A stretch of 64,000 bases of DNA from Kofleriaceae bacterium (GTDB lineage Bacteria > Myxococcota_A > Polyangia > Haliangiales > Haliangiaceae), in assembly GCA_036271395.1 (NCBI GenBank), contig DATBAS010000193.1, forward strand, positions 117,097-181,096, in the 5' to 3' direction. Under the pieces are notes generated by a model. It was not told the DNA's origin, made no database searches, and saw nothing but the letters and a program-made list of their open reading frames with translations. The translations under genes and the position numbers were made by a program. Of the stretch, positions 30,382 through 39,994 are shown piece after piece (the first letter of the stretch is position 1; every line of letters starts with the position of its first letter).

Positions 30382-31696
30382 GCAGGGCGCGGACGCTAGC
30401 GACGAGCTCGCCGCGCGCCACGTCGCGCTCGTTGTTCTCGACGAGGCGCAGATCTTTGATCTTCACGATGCCGGCTTGGTGCTCGCGCGCGCCGACGACG
30501 AGCGCGAGTGGGATGCCGGCACGATCGGCGTACTTGAACTGCTTGCCGGGCTTGTCGGCGGCGCCGTAGACATCGACGTTGCAGCCGGCGTCGCGCAGCT
30601 CGCGCGCCATCGCGGCATAGTCGGCGGCGAACGCGGCGTCGAAGTTGAGGATCGCGACGTCGGCGATCGCGCGCTTCGCCGGCGAAGACTTTTCGGCGTC
30701 GAGCATCTGGCTGAGCAAGCGCGTGACGCCGATCGAGATGCCGACGCCGGGCAGCTTGGACTTGGTGTAATGGCCGGCGAGGTTGTCGTAGCGGCCGCCC
30801 GAGCAGATCGAGCCGTAATCGGGGTGGTCGTCGAGGAACGTCTCGTAGACCGTGCCGGTGTAATAGTCGAGGCCACGCACGATCGACAGATCGATCTTGA
30901 TCTGCGACTCGGGCACACCGAGCGCGCGCGTGCCGGTGTAGACGCGATCGAGCTCGTCGAGCCCTTCACGCAGCGTCGGATTGTCGCGCGTGCGCAGATT
31001 CTCCATCGGCGAGGTCAACGCGTCGAGCAGCTCGCGGCCGATCTCGACGCCGACCAGCGGCGCGATCCGCAGCTCGACCTCGGCGCGGCCGAGCTTGCGC
31101 AGTCGATCGACCTCGTGGAGCACGTCGGCGTGGTTGGCTCCGGCGATGCCGAACGACTCGAGCAGGCCGCGCAGCAGCTTGCGGTTGTTGACGAAGATCG
31201 TGAACTTGCCGAACGCGAGCTCGGTGAAGATGCCTGCGATCAACGCCGGCAGCTCGCTGTCGTACGCGATCGACAGCGAGCCCTTGCCGACCACGTCGAC
31301 GTCGCACTGATAGAACTCGCGATAGCGGCCTTTGCCGGCGCGCTCGCCGCGATAGACGCGCTGGATCTGATAGCGCCGGAACGGGAAGTTGAGCTCGTTC
31401 TCGTGCTCGGCGACGTAGCGCGCGAGCGGGACCGTGAGATCGAATCGCAGCGCGAGCTCGGGCTTCTTGTTGGCTTCGAGCGCGCCGGTCGACTGCACGA
31501 AGTAGACTTGCTTCTCGGTCTCGCCGCCGGACTTGCTGAGCAGCACGTCGGCGAGCTCGAACACCGGCGTCTCGACCGGCAGAAACCCGAAGCGCTCGAA
31601 GCCGCGGCGGATCGTGTCGAGCATGCGCTGGAATGCGATCTGCTGAGCGGGCAAGAGCTCGAGCACTCCCTGCGGTGTGCGAGGCTGGACGGGCAT
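30371..31696 (-). CDS. hisS: Histidine--tRNA ligase
   Basis: Class II aaRS motifs: RGFERFGFLPVETPVFE, FRRYQIQRVYRGERAGKGRYREFYQCD, GGRYDNL, GISIGVTR. 441 aa. Confidence 0.92.
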   Translation of the reverse strand: MPVQPRTPQGVLELLPAQQIAFQRMLDTIRRGFERFGFLPVETPVFELADVLLSKSGGETEKQVYFVQSTGALEANKKPELALRFDLTVPLARYVAEHENELNFPFRRYQIQRVYRGERAGKGRYREFYQCDVDVVGKGSLSIAYDSELPALIAGIFTELAFGKFTIFVNNRKLLRGLLESFGIAGANHADVLHEVDRLRKLGRAEVELRIAPLVGVEIGRELLDALTSPMENLRTRDNPTLREGLDELDRVYTGTRALGVPESQIKIDLSIVRGLDYYTGTVYETFLDDHPDYGSICSGGRYDNLAGHYTKSKLPGVGISIGVTRLLSQMLDAEKSSPAKRAIADVAILNFDAAFAADYAAMARELRDAGCNVDVYGAADKPGKQFKYADRAGIPLALVVGAREHQAGIVKIKDLRLVENNERDVARGELVASVRALLSR

Positions 31697-31720
31697 GGCG
31701 AACGCTTATACCGTGACGGC

Positions 31721-32314
31721 GTGGCGTTCGCCTGCGCACATCAGCCGTTCGAGCTAGCGCCGGCGTTGGTGAGCGACCTCGCCGCGGCGTACGCCGAGCC
31801 GCAGCGCGCGTACCACGACGCTTCGCACATCGCCGAAGTGCTCGGCTGGTTCGATCGCGTGTCCGAAGACCTCGGCTGGCGCGATCCGTCGACGATCTAC
31901 GCCGCGATCGTGTTTCACGATGCGATCTACGTGCCCGGCGCCCATGACAACGAGGCGCGCTCGGCGGCGTGGCTCCGCGCTTCGGCCCTGCCCTGCGATC
32001 TCGCGCGCGGCGCCGAGCTCGTCGAGCTGACCGCGCGCCACGGCTCGCCGATCGAGACCGATCGCGACGCCGCGCTGTTTCTCGACAGCGACATGGCGAT
32101 CCTGGGCGCCGAGCCCGCCGCGTTCGACGCTTACAACACCGCGATCGCGCGCGAGTACAGCGCGGTTCCCGCCGAGATGTTTCGCGCCGGCCGCGCGAAA
32201 TTTCTTGCGAGCGTGCTCGCGCTGCCGCGCATCTTCATCAGCGACTACTTTCACGAGCGACTCGACGCGCGGGCGCGCGCGAACCTCACTCGCGCAATTG
32301 CCGAGTCACGATAA
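31721..32314 (+). CDS. HD-superfamily-like metal-dependent phosphohydrolase (predicted)
   Basis: YHDASHIAEVL...IVFHDAIY...FLDSDMAILG pattern. Start uncertain (GTG 31721 or TTG 31763). The track ORF upstream part is a hisS shadow. Confidence 0.55.
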   Translation: MAFACAHQPFELAPALVSDLAAAYAEPQRAYHDASHIAEVLGWFDRVSEDLGWRDPSTIYAAIVFHDAIYVPGAHDNEARSAAWLRASALPCDLARGAELVELTARHGSPIETDRDAALFLDSDMAILGAEPAAFDAYNTAIAREYSAVPAEMFRAGRAKFLASVLALPRIFISDYFHERLDARARANLTRAIAESR

Positions 32315-33563
32315 CGCCGCCCGCGATCACGCCCGCGCCGACGAGCCACAGCCACCACCGCGATGCCGCCGGCTCGTCGGGATCGGTCGTCGCGAGCGGG
32401 GCACCGATGCTCGGCATCGCGACCGGCGCCGGCTTGACGAGCGTCGCGAGCGGCATCGCCGGGCCGTCGGCCCACGACTCGGTCTCGATCGCGGTGCCGT
32501 CGGCACGCACGCCGGTGACCTCGACGCGATCGGCCGTCACGTTGACGCGCAGGTAGTGCAACACGCGCTCGAACTTGACGACCGCGTCGGCGTCGACGGG
32601 ATTGGGCAGCGGCCGGCGCGGATACAGCGGCGCGCCGCCGCCGCCCGACACGAAGTAATGGATGCCGTTGTGGAGGGCGCGCTCGTAGACGTGATCGTGG
32701 CCCGAGAACACGGCCGAGACCTGGTACTTCTCGAACAGCGGGGTCCAGCGTTCGCGCAGATCGACGGCGCCGCCGTGCAGCGAGACGGAGAACGGCGGGT
32801 GGTGCATCACGATGAAGATGTGGCGGATCGCCGGATCCTGGCGCGCCGCGATCAGCTCGCGCTCGAGCCACGCGGTTTGGTCGGTCAACGCGAACGAGTA
32901 CGAGTTCGAATCGAGCACCACGAACCGCGCGCTCGCGAACGTGAACGCGTAGTAACGCTCGGTGTCGGCGCCGTTCTCGGGCACGGCGAAGTACGTGCGG
33001 TACGTATCGGCGGTGCGGCCGCGGCCTTGGCGGTCGTGGTTACCGAGCGCCGGGAACAACACCGTGGTTTTCATCAACGGCAGCTCGACGTCGAAGAACG
33101 CCTGCCACTGCTCCTCGCTGTAACCCTCGTCGACCATGTCGCCGGTCGCGAGCACGAAGCTCGGTGCCTCGGCGATGACTTTCTCGAGCACGCGGCGATG
33201 CTGCTCGACGCCGTTGCGCGTATCGCCGAACACGACGAACGAGAACGGCGCGGTGCTCCCGGGCGACGGCGCGGTCGCGAAGTCGCCGCTCCACCGCTGA
33301 TCGCCGATCATCACCTCGTAGTGATATTTCGTCGCCGGGCCGAGCTTGTCGACGCGAATTTCGGCGACGCGATCAGCGCCCGCGTCGATCGCACGTGCGC
33401 CCGTCGGCCCGGTGATCACCAACGACGCCGGCACCGGCTCGTCGAGCTGCCACATGATCGTGATCGAATCGGCCGCGACGTTCTGCAGGTACGGGCCCTT
33501 GAGCATGCGCGGCGCCGCCGTGGCACTGGCCACGAGCAAGCACAACCATGCGACCACTCGCAT
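32286..33563 (-). CDS. Purple-acid-phosphatase-like metallophosphoesterase with C-terminal membrane anchor
   Basis: Signal peptide. GPYLQNV...ITIMW (PAP N-terminal domain). GDTRN, GDMVDEG, GNHD, VMHHP, GHDHVYER metallophosphoesterase motifs. C-terminal WWLWLVGAGVIAGGVIV helix. Confidence 0.8.
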   Translation of the reverse strand: MRVVAWLCLLVASATAAPRMLKGPYLQNVAADSITIMWQLDEPVPASLVITGPTGARAIDAGADRVAEIRVDKLGPATKYHYEVMIGDQRWSGDFATAPSPGSTAPFSFVVFGDTRNGVEQHRRVLEKVIAEAPSFVLATGDMVDEGYSEEQWQAFFDVELPLMKTTVLFPALGNHDRQGRGRTADTYRTYFAVPENGADTERYYAFTFASARFVVLDSNSYSFALTDQTAWLERELIAARQDPAIRHIFIVMHHPPFSVSLHGGAVDLRERWTPLFEKYQVSAVFSGHDHVYERALHNGIHYFVSGGGGAPLYPRRPLPNPVDADAVVKFERVLHYLRVNVTADRVEVTGVRADGTAIETESWADGPAMPLATLVKPAPVAMPSIGAPLATTDPDEPAASRWWLWLVGAGVIAGGVIVTRQLRE

Positions 33564-33583
33564 GCACTAACGATAACGCGAAC

Positions 33584-35815
33584 TCAGCCGCGGTAGCGCA
33601 GCGATGCGAGCGCGCCGACCAGATCGCGCGCCGACTCGCGCGTGTAGCCGAATCGCGAAACCAGCGTCGCGAGCCCGGTCTCGGTTCGGGTCTTGGTGTC
33701 GGCCGACAAGTGCCCTTCGTTGCCCGACAGATACGCGACCAGATCGGTGATGCCCTTCGCGATCACCTTCTTGTGCCGGTCGTAATAGGCGTCGCGCAGC
33801 CGGCGTAACAGGTCCGGGAAGATTTCGCCGAGCACCGGCTTCTGACCGCGGTGATCGAGCGACCACGCGCCGATCTTCGCGATCAGCGACTGGCGGAACT
33901 CGTCGGCCTTGCTGTTGATCTCGAGCGTGCGCTCGACCTCGCGCATCATGTTGTCGTCGGGGTCCATCATCCGGCCCGACGGATCGCGAACTTTCTCTTT
34001 CTTGATCACGTGCATCGCGTGCGAGACGTAGCGGTCGAACACGCGTGCATATTCGGATTCTTCGACGAGGCCGACCGCGACGCGCACTTCATCGTCGATC
34101 TTGTCGAACAGCCGGCCGCGCGCCACGTCGGCGAGCTTCTTGTGATCGTGATAACCGCCGGGCTGGACGTCCTGGCGCAAGAACTCGTAGAGGCTGACCT
34201 GCTTGGTCAGCTCGACGATCTCGTCGAGCACGACCAGCGGCGAGACGTACTCGTAGCGCGTCGAGCCGGCGGCCGCGAGCAGCACGGTCTGCATCTCGCG
34301 CGGCGACGCGCCGACGCGGCCTTCGTAGATCGGGTACGTGTCGGACTCGTGAAACAGGTCCTTCGAGTGCGAGGCGAGCTCGCGCGCGCGATCCGGCGAC
34401 AGATCGTCCGGCACCTGCCCGGTCGAGTACAGCTCGACCTTCTCGATCGGCGTGAGCTTGCCGATCACCTCGGCGAGCGTCGACGGGAATCGCTCGATCT
34501 GCGGCTTGCGCATGCGCGACAGCACTGCCCACAGCGCCGCGACATACGCCGTGTGCGGTGCGACGTGACGGCCGCCGGCCGCTTCGCGCAGGCGCGCCGC
34601 GTACAGCGCCTCTTCGTGGCGAACGTCGAGCAAGAGCGGCACGCGCACGAGCTCGATGCGGCCCTTGAAGCTCTGGAAGTCCGGAATCTCGCGAAACGCG
34701 GACAGGTGGATGTCGTTGCAGCTGCCGACGAACACGAGGTCCAAGAACAAGGTCGCACTCTGCATCGATAGCGCACCGCGCTCGACGGTCGTGAGCAAGT
34801 ACTTGTAATGCTCGAGCGGACGCTTGAGCAGATCGTCGTATTCGATGATGCCGCGGTTCGCGCCGACGACCTCGCCGCCGTACTCGTGCAGCGAGACCGA
34901 CTGCAGCGATGGCGGTAGCGCCGACAACGAGCGGTCGGCCGTGATCTGGCGCTCGGTCGCATCGACCGAGAGCTGCGGCTCGACGGTGACCCAGCCCTGG
35001 CGATAGCGATGCGAGATCTCGAAGCGCTCGACGCGCACGTGGCGCAGCACCTGGACGATGTCGCCCTGGTAGCTCGCGAGCAGCGCCTCGTAGATCGACT
35101 GATTGCGCGGCGACAGCGAGCCGAGCCGCAGATAATCCGACACGCCCTCGGCTTTCGATCCGAGCAGCTGTTCGAACAGCTTCTGCCGCTCGTCGAGCGG
35201 CAACAGCAACAGCGGATGATCGCGGAGCTCGTCGCCGAGCCGCGCGTCGAGCTCGTCGTCGGGCAAGTACGCGAACGAATCGATCGAGTCGAGCGCCGGG
35301 TTCGCGCCGCCGAAGCCGATGCCGCCGCGCGCGCTCTTCTGCGCCGGAAAGATCCACGAGAACCGATACAGCGCGCCTTCTTCGAGCGTCGAGTAGTGCT
35401 CGAGCGCGCGGCCCAAGCAACGAATGAAGGTCGATTTGGCCGATCCGTTCGGGCCGTGGAGCAACACGAGCTTGTTCGGGCGGCCGTCGCGCACGAAGCT
35501 CTTGAGCACATCGTAGGTCTCGTTCTGGACCATCTCCTGGCCGAACAAGCGATCCTCACCACCGGCCCACGGCGCGTCGAACAGCTTCCAACGCGTGACC
35601 TCACCCCACGGATACGCGACCTTCGCCGTGCCGTAGTGGTCGAAGCAGTCGACCAGGTATTGCGTCGACGATCGTAGCTGTGCCGCGGGCTGCGCGAACA
35701 CGAGCGCGAGATACTCGGCGAATGCCATCACGCGGCGATTGCGCGTGAAGTCTTCGCGCACGGCGGCGTGGAGCCCGAGCAGCGCCGCCTTGACGTCCTC
35801 CGGAATGTCCGTCAT
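33584..35815 (-). CDS. prkA: PrkA family serine protein kinase (AAA-type N-domain)
   Basis: ATG at 35815. LVLLHGPNGSAKSTF P-loop and long PrkA-like conserved stretches (YRFSWIFP, GIIEYDDLLKRP, SATLFLDLVFVGSCN). Confidence 0.85.
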   Translation of the reverse strand: MTDIPEDVKAALLGLHAAVREDFTRNRRVMAFAEYLALVFAQPAAQLRSSTQYLVDCFDHYGTAKVAYPWGEVTRWKLFDAPWAGGEDRLFGQEMVQNETYDVLKSFVRDGRPNKLVLLHGPNGSAKSTFIRCLGRALEHYSTLEEGALYRFSWIFPAQKSARGGIGFGGANPALDSIDSFAYLPDDELDARLGDELRDHPLLLLPLDERQKLFEQLLGSKAEGVSDYLRLGSLSPRNQSIYEALLASYQGDIVQVLRHVRVERFEISHRYRQGWVTVEPQLSVDATERQITADRSLSALPPSLQSVSLHEYGGEVVGANRGIIEYDDLLKRPLEHYKYLLTTVERGALSMQSATLFLDLVFVGSCNDIHLSAFREIPDFQSFKGRIELVRVPLLLDVRHEEALYAARLREAAGGRHVAPHTAYVAALWAVLSRMRKPQIERFPSTLAEVIGKLTPIEKVELYSTGQVPDDLSPDRARELASHSKDLFHESDTYPIYEGRVGASPREMQTVLLAAAGSTRYEYVSPLVVLDEIVELTKQVSLYEFLRQDVQPGGYHDHKKLADVARGRLFDKIDDEVRVAVGLVEESEYARVFDRYVSHAMHVIKKEKVRDPSGRMMDPDDNMMREVERTLEINSKADEFRQSLIAKIGAWSLDHRGQKPVLGEIFPDLLRRLRDAYYDRHKKVIAKGITDLVAYLSGNEGHLSADTKTRTETGLATLVSRFGYTRESARDLVGALASLRYRG

Positions 35816-35831
35816 CGACCGACGAACGATA

Positions 35832-36398
35832 TCAGTTTGCAGCCACGGCGATCGTGATCGGCTGCTTCTTCGGATGGCAGCTGTCTTTGTCGCAGATGCC
35901 GAACTTGAGCATGCCCTTGACCTCGTACGCGCCGGGCTTGTCGGAGCTCGCGTGCACCGCGAACGCGAGTAGTTGCTCGCTGAGCGTCGCCGCATCGCCT
36001 TGCGACTTTTCGCTGCCGCCCGCGGTGAGCTCGGTCTTCGCCAGCTTGACGCCGTCGGTTGGCTCGAGCGTGATCTTGATCGGGAACTCGGTCGAGACAT
36101 GGCGGCCCGATGCCGGCGTGATCTTGATGTTCGCGATCAGATCGGCGCCGGCCTTGCCCTCGGCCTTGTCGATCGTCAGCGTGCCTTCGTCGGCTTGCAG
36201 CTGGAACCGCGACTCGTCGGTCGGAGCGCTCGCGCCGCCGACGACCGGCGACTTCGCTCCCGGCACCGCGATCTTGTCGCCACCGCCGGGCGGCGCGGCC
36301 GGATCTTGATTGGCTGCAGGTTTTGACGAGCACGCGGCGACGAACAAAGCGGCCGCGATCCAGATCGGACGAACCATGGGCGGTAGCATAGCAGTCAT
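35832..36398 (-). CDS. Lipoprotein, unknown function
   Basis: Lipobox AALFVAAC|SS (start ATG 36398 or 36377). 16-nt gap to prkA. Confidence 0.65.
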   Translation of the reverse strand: MTAMLPPMVRPIWIAAALFVAACSSKPAANQDPAAPPGGGDKIAVPGAKSPVVGGASAPTDESRFQLQADEGTLTIDKAEGKAGADLIANIKITPASGRHVSTEFPIKITLEPTDGVKLAKTELTAGGSEKSQGDAATLSEQLLAFAVHASSDKPGAYEVKGMLKFGICDKDSCHPKKQPITIAVAAN

Positions 36399-36405
36399 CT
36401 AAACC

Positions 36406-37842
36406 GTGAGCGTGCACCGCCGCATTCCTCCCGATGTCGCGATCGGCGAGACCATCCGTTCGGATGTCCCGCCGCGGCTCGATGCACTGGGCTGGAGCGC
36501 CTGGCACCGCCGGATGGTCATCGCGCTCGGCATCACGTGGGTGCTCGATGGGCTCGAGGCGAGCCTGGCCACCAACCTCGCGCCGACGCTGCAGCTGCCG
36601 CAGACGCTCGGGCTCACCGGCTTTCAGGTCGGGTTCGCGAGCTCGCTGTACTTGGCGGGTCAAGTCGTCGGCGCGATCGGGTTCGGCCATCTCACCGACC
36701 GGCTCGGCCGCAAGAAGCTGTTCTTCGCGACCCTGTTGCTCTATCTGATCGCGACCGGGTTATCCGGCCTCGCGCCGACGTACTGGGTGTTCGTGATCTT
36801 CCGAACGCTCGCGGGCATGGGCATCGGCGGCGAGTACTCGGCCATCAATTCGGCGATCGACGAGCTCGTGCCCGCGCGCGTGCGCGGCCGCGTCGATCTC
36901 GCGATCAACGGCACCTACTGGCTCGGTGTTGCCGGCGGCGCCGCGTTCACGCTCGTGCTCGTCGATCCGAATCTGATCCCGATCGCGCTCGGCTGGCGGC
37001 TCGCGTTCGGCTCCGGCGCGATCTTGGGCGTCATCATCGTGGTGATGCGGCGCGACGTTCCCGAGAGCCCGCGCTGGCTGTTGATGCACGGCTACACGCG
37101 TGAAGCCGAAGCGATCACCGCCGAGATCGAGCGCAAAGTCGGCACGCCGCCGGCGCCGGTCGAGCCGGTCGCGATCAAAGTCCACGGCCCGACCAACCTC
37201 GCGCATCTCGCGCACACGCTGCTGGTCCGATTTCGCAAGCGGACGATCTTGGGCCTCAGCCTGATGCTCGCCCAGGCGTTTCTCTACAACGCGATCTTCT
37301 TCTCCGACACGATGATCTTGGAGCGCTTCCATGGGGTCGCGCCCGATCGCGTCGGGCTCTACATCTTGCCGTTCGCCGCCGGCAATTTTCTCGGCCCGCT
37401 CGTGCTCGGACGCTGGTTCGATCAGTGGGGCCGCCGCGTGATGATCCCGATCACCTACGCGGTCTCGGGCGTGTTGCTCGTCATCACCGGCGCGCTGTTC
37501 TGGGCGGGCTATCTCGACGCGCTGACCCAGACGATCGCGTGGGCCGTGGTGTTCTTCGTCGCGTCGGCCGCGGCGAGCTCGGCATATCTCACCGTCAGCG
37601 AGCTGTTCCCGGTCGAGCTCCGCGGCATGGCGATCGCGTTGTTTTACGCGTTTGGCACGCTGGTCGGTGCGATCGCACCCTCGCTGTTCGGCGCGATCGT
37701 CGATACCGGCAGCAAGGCCAACTTGTTCTATGGCTACGTGTTGGCGGCGGTCCTGATGATCGGTGCCGGTGTCGTCGCACGTGTGTACGGCGTCAATGCC
37801 GAAGGCCGATCGCTCGAGTCGCTCACCGAGAGCGATTCGTAG
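36406..37842 (+). CDS. MFS transporter (sugar-porter/metabolite:H+ symporter-like)
   Basis: GTG start. 12-TM pattern. GHLTDRLGRKK (motif A) and RTLAGMGIGGEYSAINSAIDELVPARVRGR. Confidence 0.85.
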   Translation: MSVHRRIPPDVAIGETIRSDVPPRLDALGWSAWHRRMVIALGITWVLDGLEASLATNLAPTLQLPQTLGLTGFQVGFASSLYLAGQVVGAIGFGHLTDRLGRKKLFFATLLLYLIATGLSGLAPTYWVFVIFRTLAGMGIGGEYSAINSAIDELVPARVRGRVDLAINGTYWLGVAGGAAFTLVLVDPNLIPIALGWRLAFGSGAILGVIIVVMRRDVPESPRWLLMHGYTREAEAITAEIERKVGTPPAPVEPVAIKVHGPTNLAHLAHTLLVRFRKRTILGLSLMLAQAFLYNAIFFSDTMILERFHGVAPDRVGLYILPFAAGNFLGPLVLGRWFDQWGRRVMIPITYAVSGVLLVITGALFWAGYLDALTQTIAWAVVFFVASAAASSAYLTVSELFPVELRGMAIALFYAFGTLVGAIAPSLFGAIVDTGSKANLFYGYVLAAVLMIGAGVVARVYGVNAEGRSLESLTESDS

Positions 37843-37885
37843 TCGGCCTTACCCTCGGGCGTGCTACCTTAGAGCTGCCGGTTTA

Positions 37886-39280
37886 ATGAGAAGGGCCCAG
37901 CAGCTCGGCCGTTACCATTTGCTCGATCGAATCGCGTTCGGCGGTATGGCCGAGATCTATCGCGCGAAGACGTTCGACGCGAACGGGCAGCCGCATCTCG
38001 TCGCGGTCAAGCGCGTGCTCGCGCACCTCGCCGAAGATGACGACTTCATCCAGATGCTCGTCGACGAGGCCAAGATCGCGAGCGTCTTGCGCCACGGCAA
38101 CATCGCGCGCGTCTACGAGTTCGCGCGCGCGCACGGCGAGTACTTCATCGCGATGGAGCACGTCGACGGCAAGGACATGCGCACCGTCCTCGAGCGTTGC
38201 CGCGCGAAGAAGCGGCCGATCCCGCCCGAGCATGCGGCGCATATTTGCGCCGAGGTCGGCGCGGCGTTGCACGCGGCGCACTCGGCCGTCGACTCGCGCG
38301 GCCGGCCGCTGCGCATCATCCATCGCGACGTGTCGCCGTCGAACATCATCTGCAGCTACGCCGGCGAGGTGAAGCTGTGCGACTTCGGCATCGCGAAAGC
38401 GACGCTGTCGCGCGTGACCACGAAGACCGGCGTGATCAAGGGCAAGGTCAAGTACATGAGCCCCGAGCAGGCGCTCGGCCGCAAGCTCGATCACCGCAGC
38501 GACGTGTTCTCGCTCGGCAGCTGCCTCTACGAAATGCTCACGCGCATCCCGCCGTTCACCGCGACGAACGAGATGGACCTGCTGATCAAAGTTCGCGACG
38601 CGAAGTATCGGCCGATCAGCGAGCTGCAGCCCGGCGTGCCGCCCGAGCTCGAAGCGATCTGCGACAAGTGCCTGACGCGCAGCCGCGCGAACCGCTATCA
38701 GACCGCCGCCGAGGCCGAAGGCGATCTGCGCGCGTTCTTGCGGCGGTTCATGCCGAACTACTCGCGCAGCCATCTCGGCCGCTTCATCCGCAAGATGTTC
38801 GCGACCGAGATCGAGCGCGAGCTCCGCATGCTCGAAGAGTTCGTGATGACCGACGAGGTCTCCGACGACGTCGGCGAGTCGATGATCCAGCGCGACGAGG
38901 ACTTCGAGCCGCCCGAGGTGCCGTTCCAGCCCAAGCCGACGAGCGTGTCGGTCGCGGCGCTCGAGAACGACTTCTCGAGCGAATCGAACTTCACGACGAT
39001 GCCGAAGGTCGGCACCGGCGACCCGGCGCTGGAGCTGCACGAAGCGCACACCGTGATCCTGGCCGACAAGGGCCGTGCGGTCGCACGACCGCGGCAGAGC
39101 CCGCCACCGCCGCGAGCGACGGCACAGCGCCCGAAAACGCAGCCGCCGCCGATGCCGCCGCGTCGCGCGACGGCGTCGGTGCCCGCGCGCGGCACCGGTG
39201 GGTTCGAAGACGACGTGCACGCGGCGCCGACCCTGATCATCGAGCTCGGACGGCAGCGCGCGCAGCGCCGACGTGGATGA
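37886..39280 (+). CDS. Ser/Thr protein kinase (Hanks-type) with Pro-rich C-terminal region
   Basis: ATG at 37886. GGMAEIYRA...VAVKR, HRDVSPSNI, DFGIAK, YMSPEQ. Confidence 0.9.
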   Translation: MRRAQQLGRYHLLDRIAFGGMAEIYRAKTFDANGQPHLVAVKRVLAHLAEDDDFIQMLVDEAKIASVLRHGNIARVYEFARAHGEYFIAMEHVDGKDMRTVLERCRAKKRPIPPEHAAHICAEVGAALHAAHSAVDSRGRPLRIIHRDVSPSNIICSYAGEVKLCDFGIAKATLSRVTTKTGVIKGKVKYMSPEQALGRKLDHRSDVFSLGSCLYEMLTRIPPFTATNEMDLLIKVRDAKYRPISELQPGVPPELEAICDKCLTRSRANRYQTAAEAEGDLRAFLRRFMPNYSRSHLGRFIRKMFATEIERELRMLEEFVMTDEVSDDVGESMIQRDEDFEPPEVPFQPKPTSVSVAALENDFSSESNFTTMPKVGTGDPALELHEAHTVILADKGRAVARPRQSPPPPRATAQRPKTQPPPMPPRRATASVPARGTGGFEDDVHAAPTLIIELGRQRAQRRRG

Positions 39281-39290
39281 TGCGGTTCGC

Positions 39291-39437
39291 ATGGACGTTG
39301 GCCGTGTACTCGATGCCGGCATCGTCGACGCGTTGGCCGCGCAGGCGCGCCCGCGCTTGTTCGACGCCGAGTACGCGTTCCTCGGCGCGCAGTGGCCCGA
39401 GCTGGCGACGTTCCTGACAACGCACGGCCTCGCATGA
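39291..39437 (+). CDS. Possible 48-aa ORF translationally coupled to the downstream methyltransferase
   Basis: ATG 39291...TGA 39435-39437, overlapping the ATG of the next gene (ATGA). GC3-rich (MDVGRVLDAGIVDALAAQARPRLFDAEYAFLGAQWPELATFLTTHGLA). Below the track length cutoff. Confidence 0.3.
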   Translation: MDVGRVLDAGIVDALAAQARPRLFDAEYAFLGAQWPELATFLTTHGLA

Positions 39438-39994
39438 GCGGCTACGCGATCGGCGCGTGCTGGGCGGTGTTCGCGTCGTACTGGCTCGTCAGTGCGCTGC
39501 GCGTGAAAGCGGTGAGCCAGCGCGAGAGCTTCGCCCGCACGCTGACGCACCGCTCGCTGTTGGCTCTCGGCTATGCGTTGCTCGTCGAGCGCTGGCTGCC
39601 GGCGCCGTTCGATCTGCGCTGGTTGCCGGACCTCACCGCGGTTCGCATCGCCGGCGATGTCGTCTGCGCGGTCGGTCTGGTGATCGCGATCGCCGCGCGG
39701 CGCGCACTCGCCGGCAACTGGAGCAGCGCGGTCACGCTCAAACAGGACCACGAGCTGATCCGCGCCGGCGCGTATCGCTTCGTGCGCCACCCGATCTACA
39801 CCGGCATGTTGACGATGTTCCTCGGCAGCGCGATCGAAGATGGCCAGCTCCGCGGCGCGCTCGCGTTCGCGCTGACGCTCGTCGCGTTCCTGATCAAGTC
39901 GCGGCGCGAGGAGCTGCTGCTCGCGCAGCACTTCCCCGACGAGTATCCGGCGTACAAGCGCGACGTCAAGGCGCTGATCCCGTTCGTGCTCTAG
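39434..39994 (+). CDS. Isoprenylcysteine carboxyl methyltransferase (ICMT/PEMT-like) family membrane protein
   Basis: ATG at 39434. TM helices. LIRAGAYRFVRHPIYTG...EE..L...F...Y..Y signature. Confidence 0.8.
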   Translation: MSGYAIGACWAVFASYWLVSALRVKAVSQRESFARTLTHRSLLALGYALLVERWLPAPFDLRWLPDLTAVRIAGDVVCAVGLVIAIAARRALAGNWSSAVTLKQDHELIRAGAYRFVRHPIYTGMLTMFLGSAIEDGQLRGALAFALTLVAFLIKSRREELLLAQHFPDEYPAYKRDVKALIPFVL

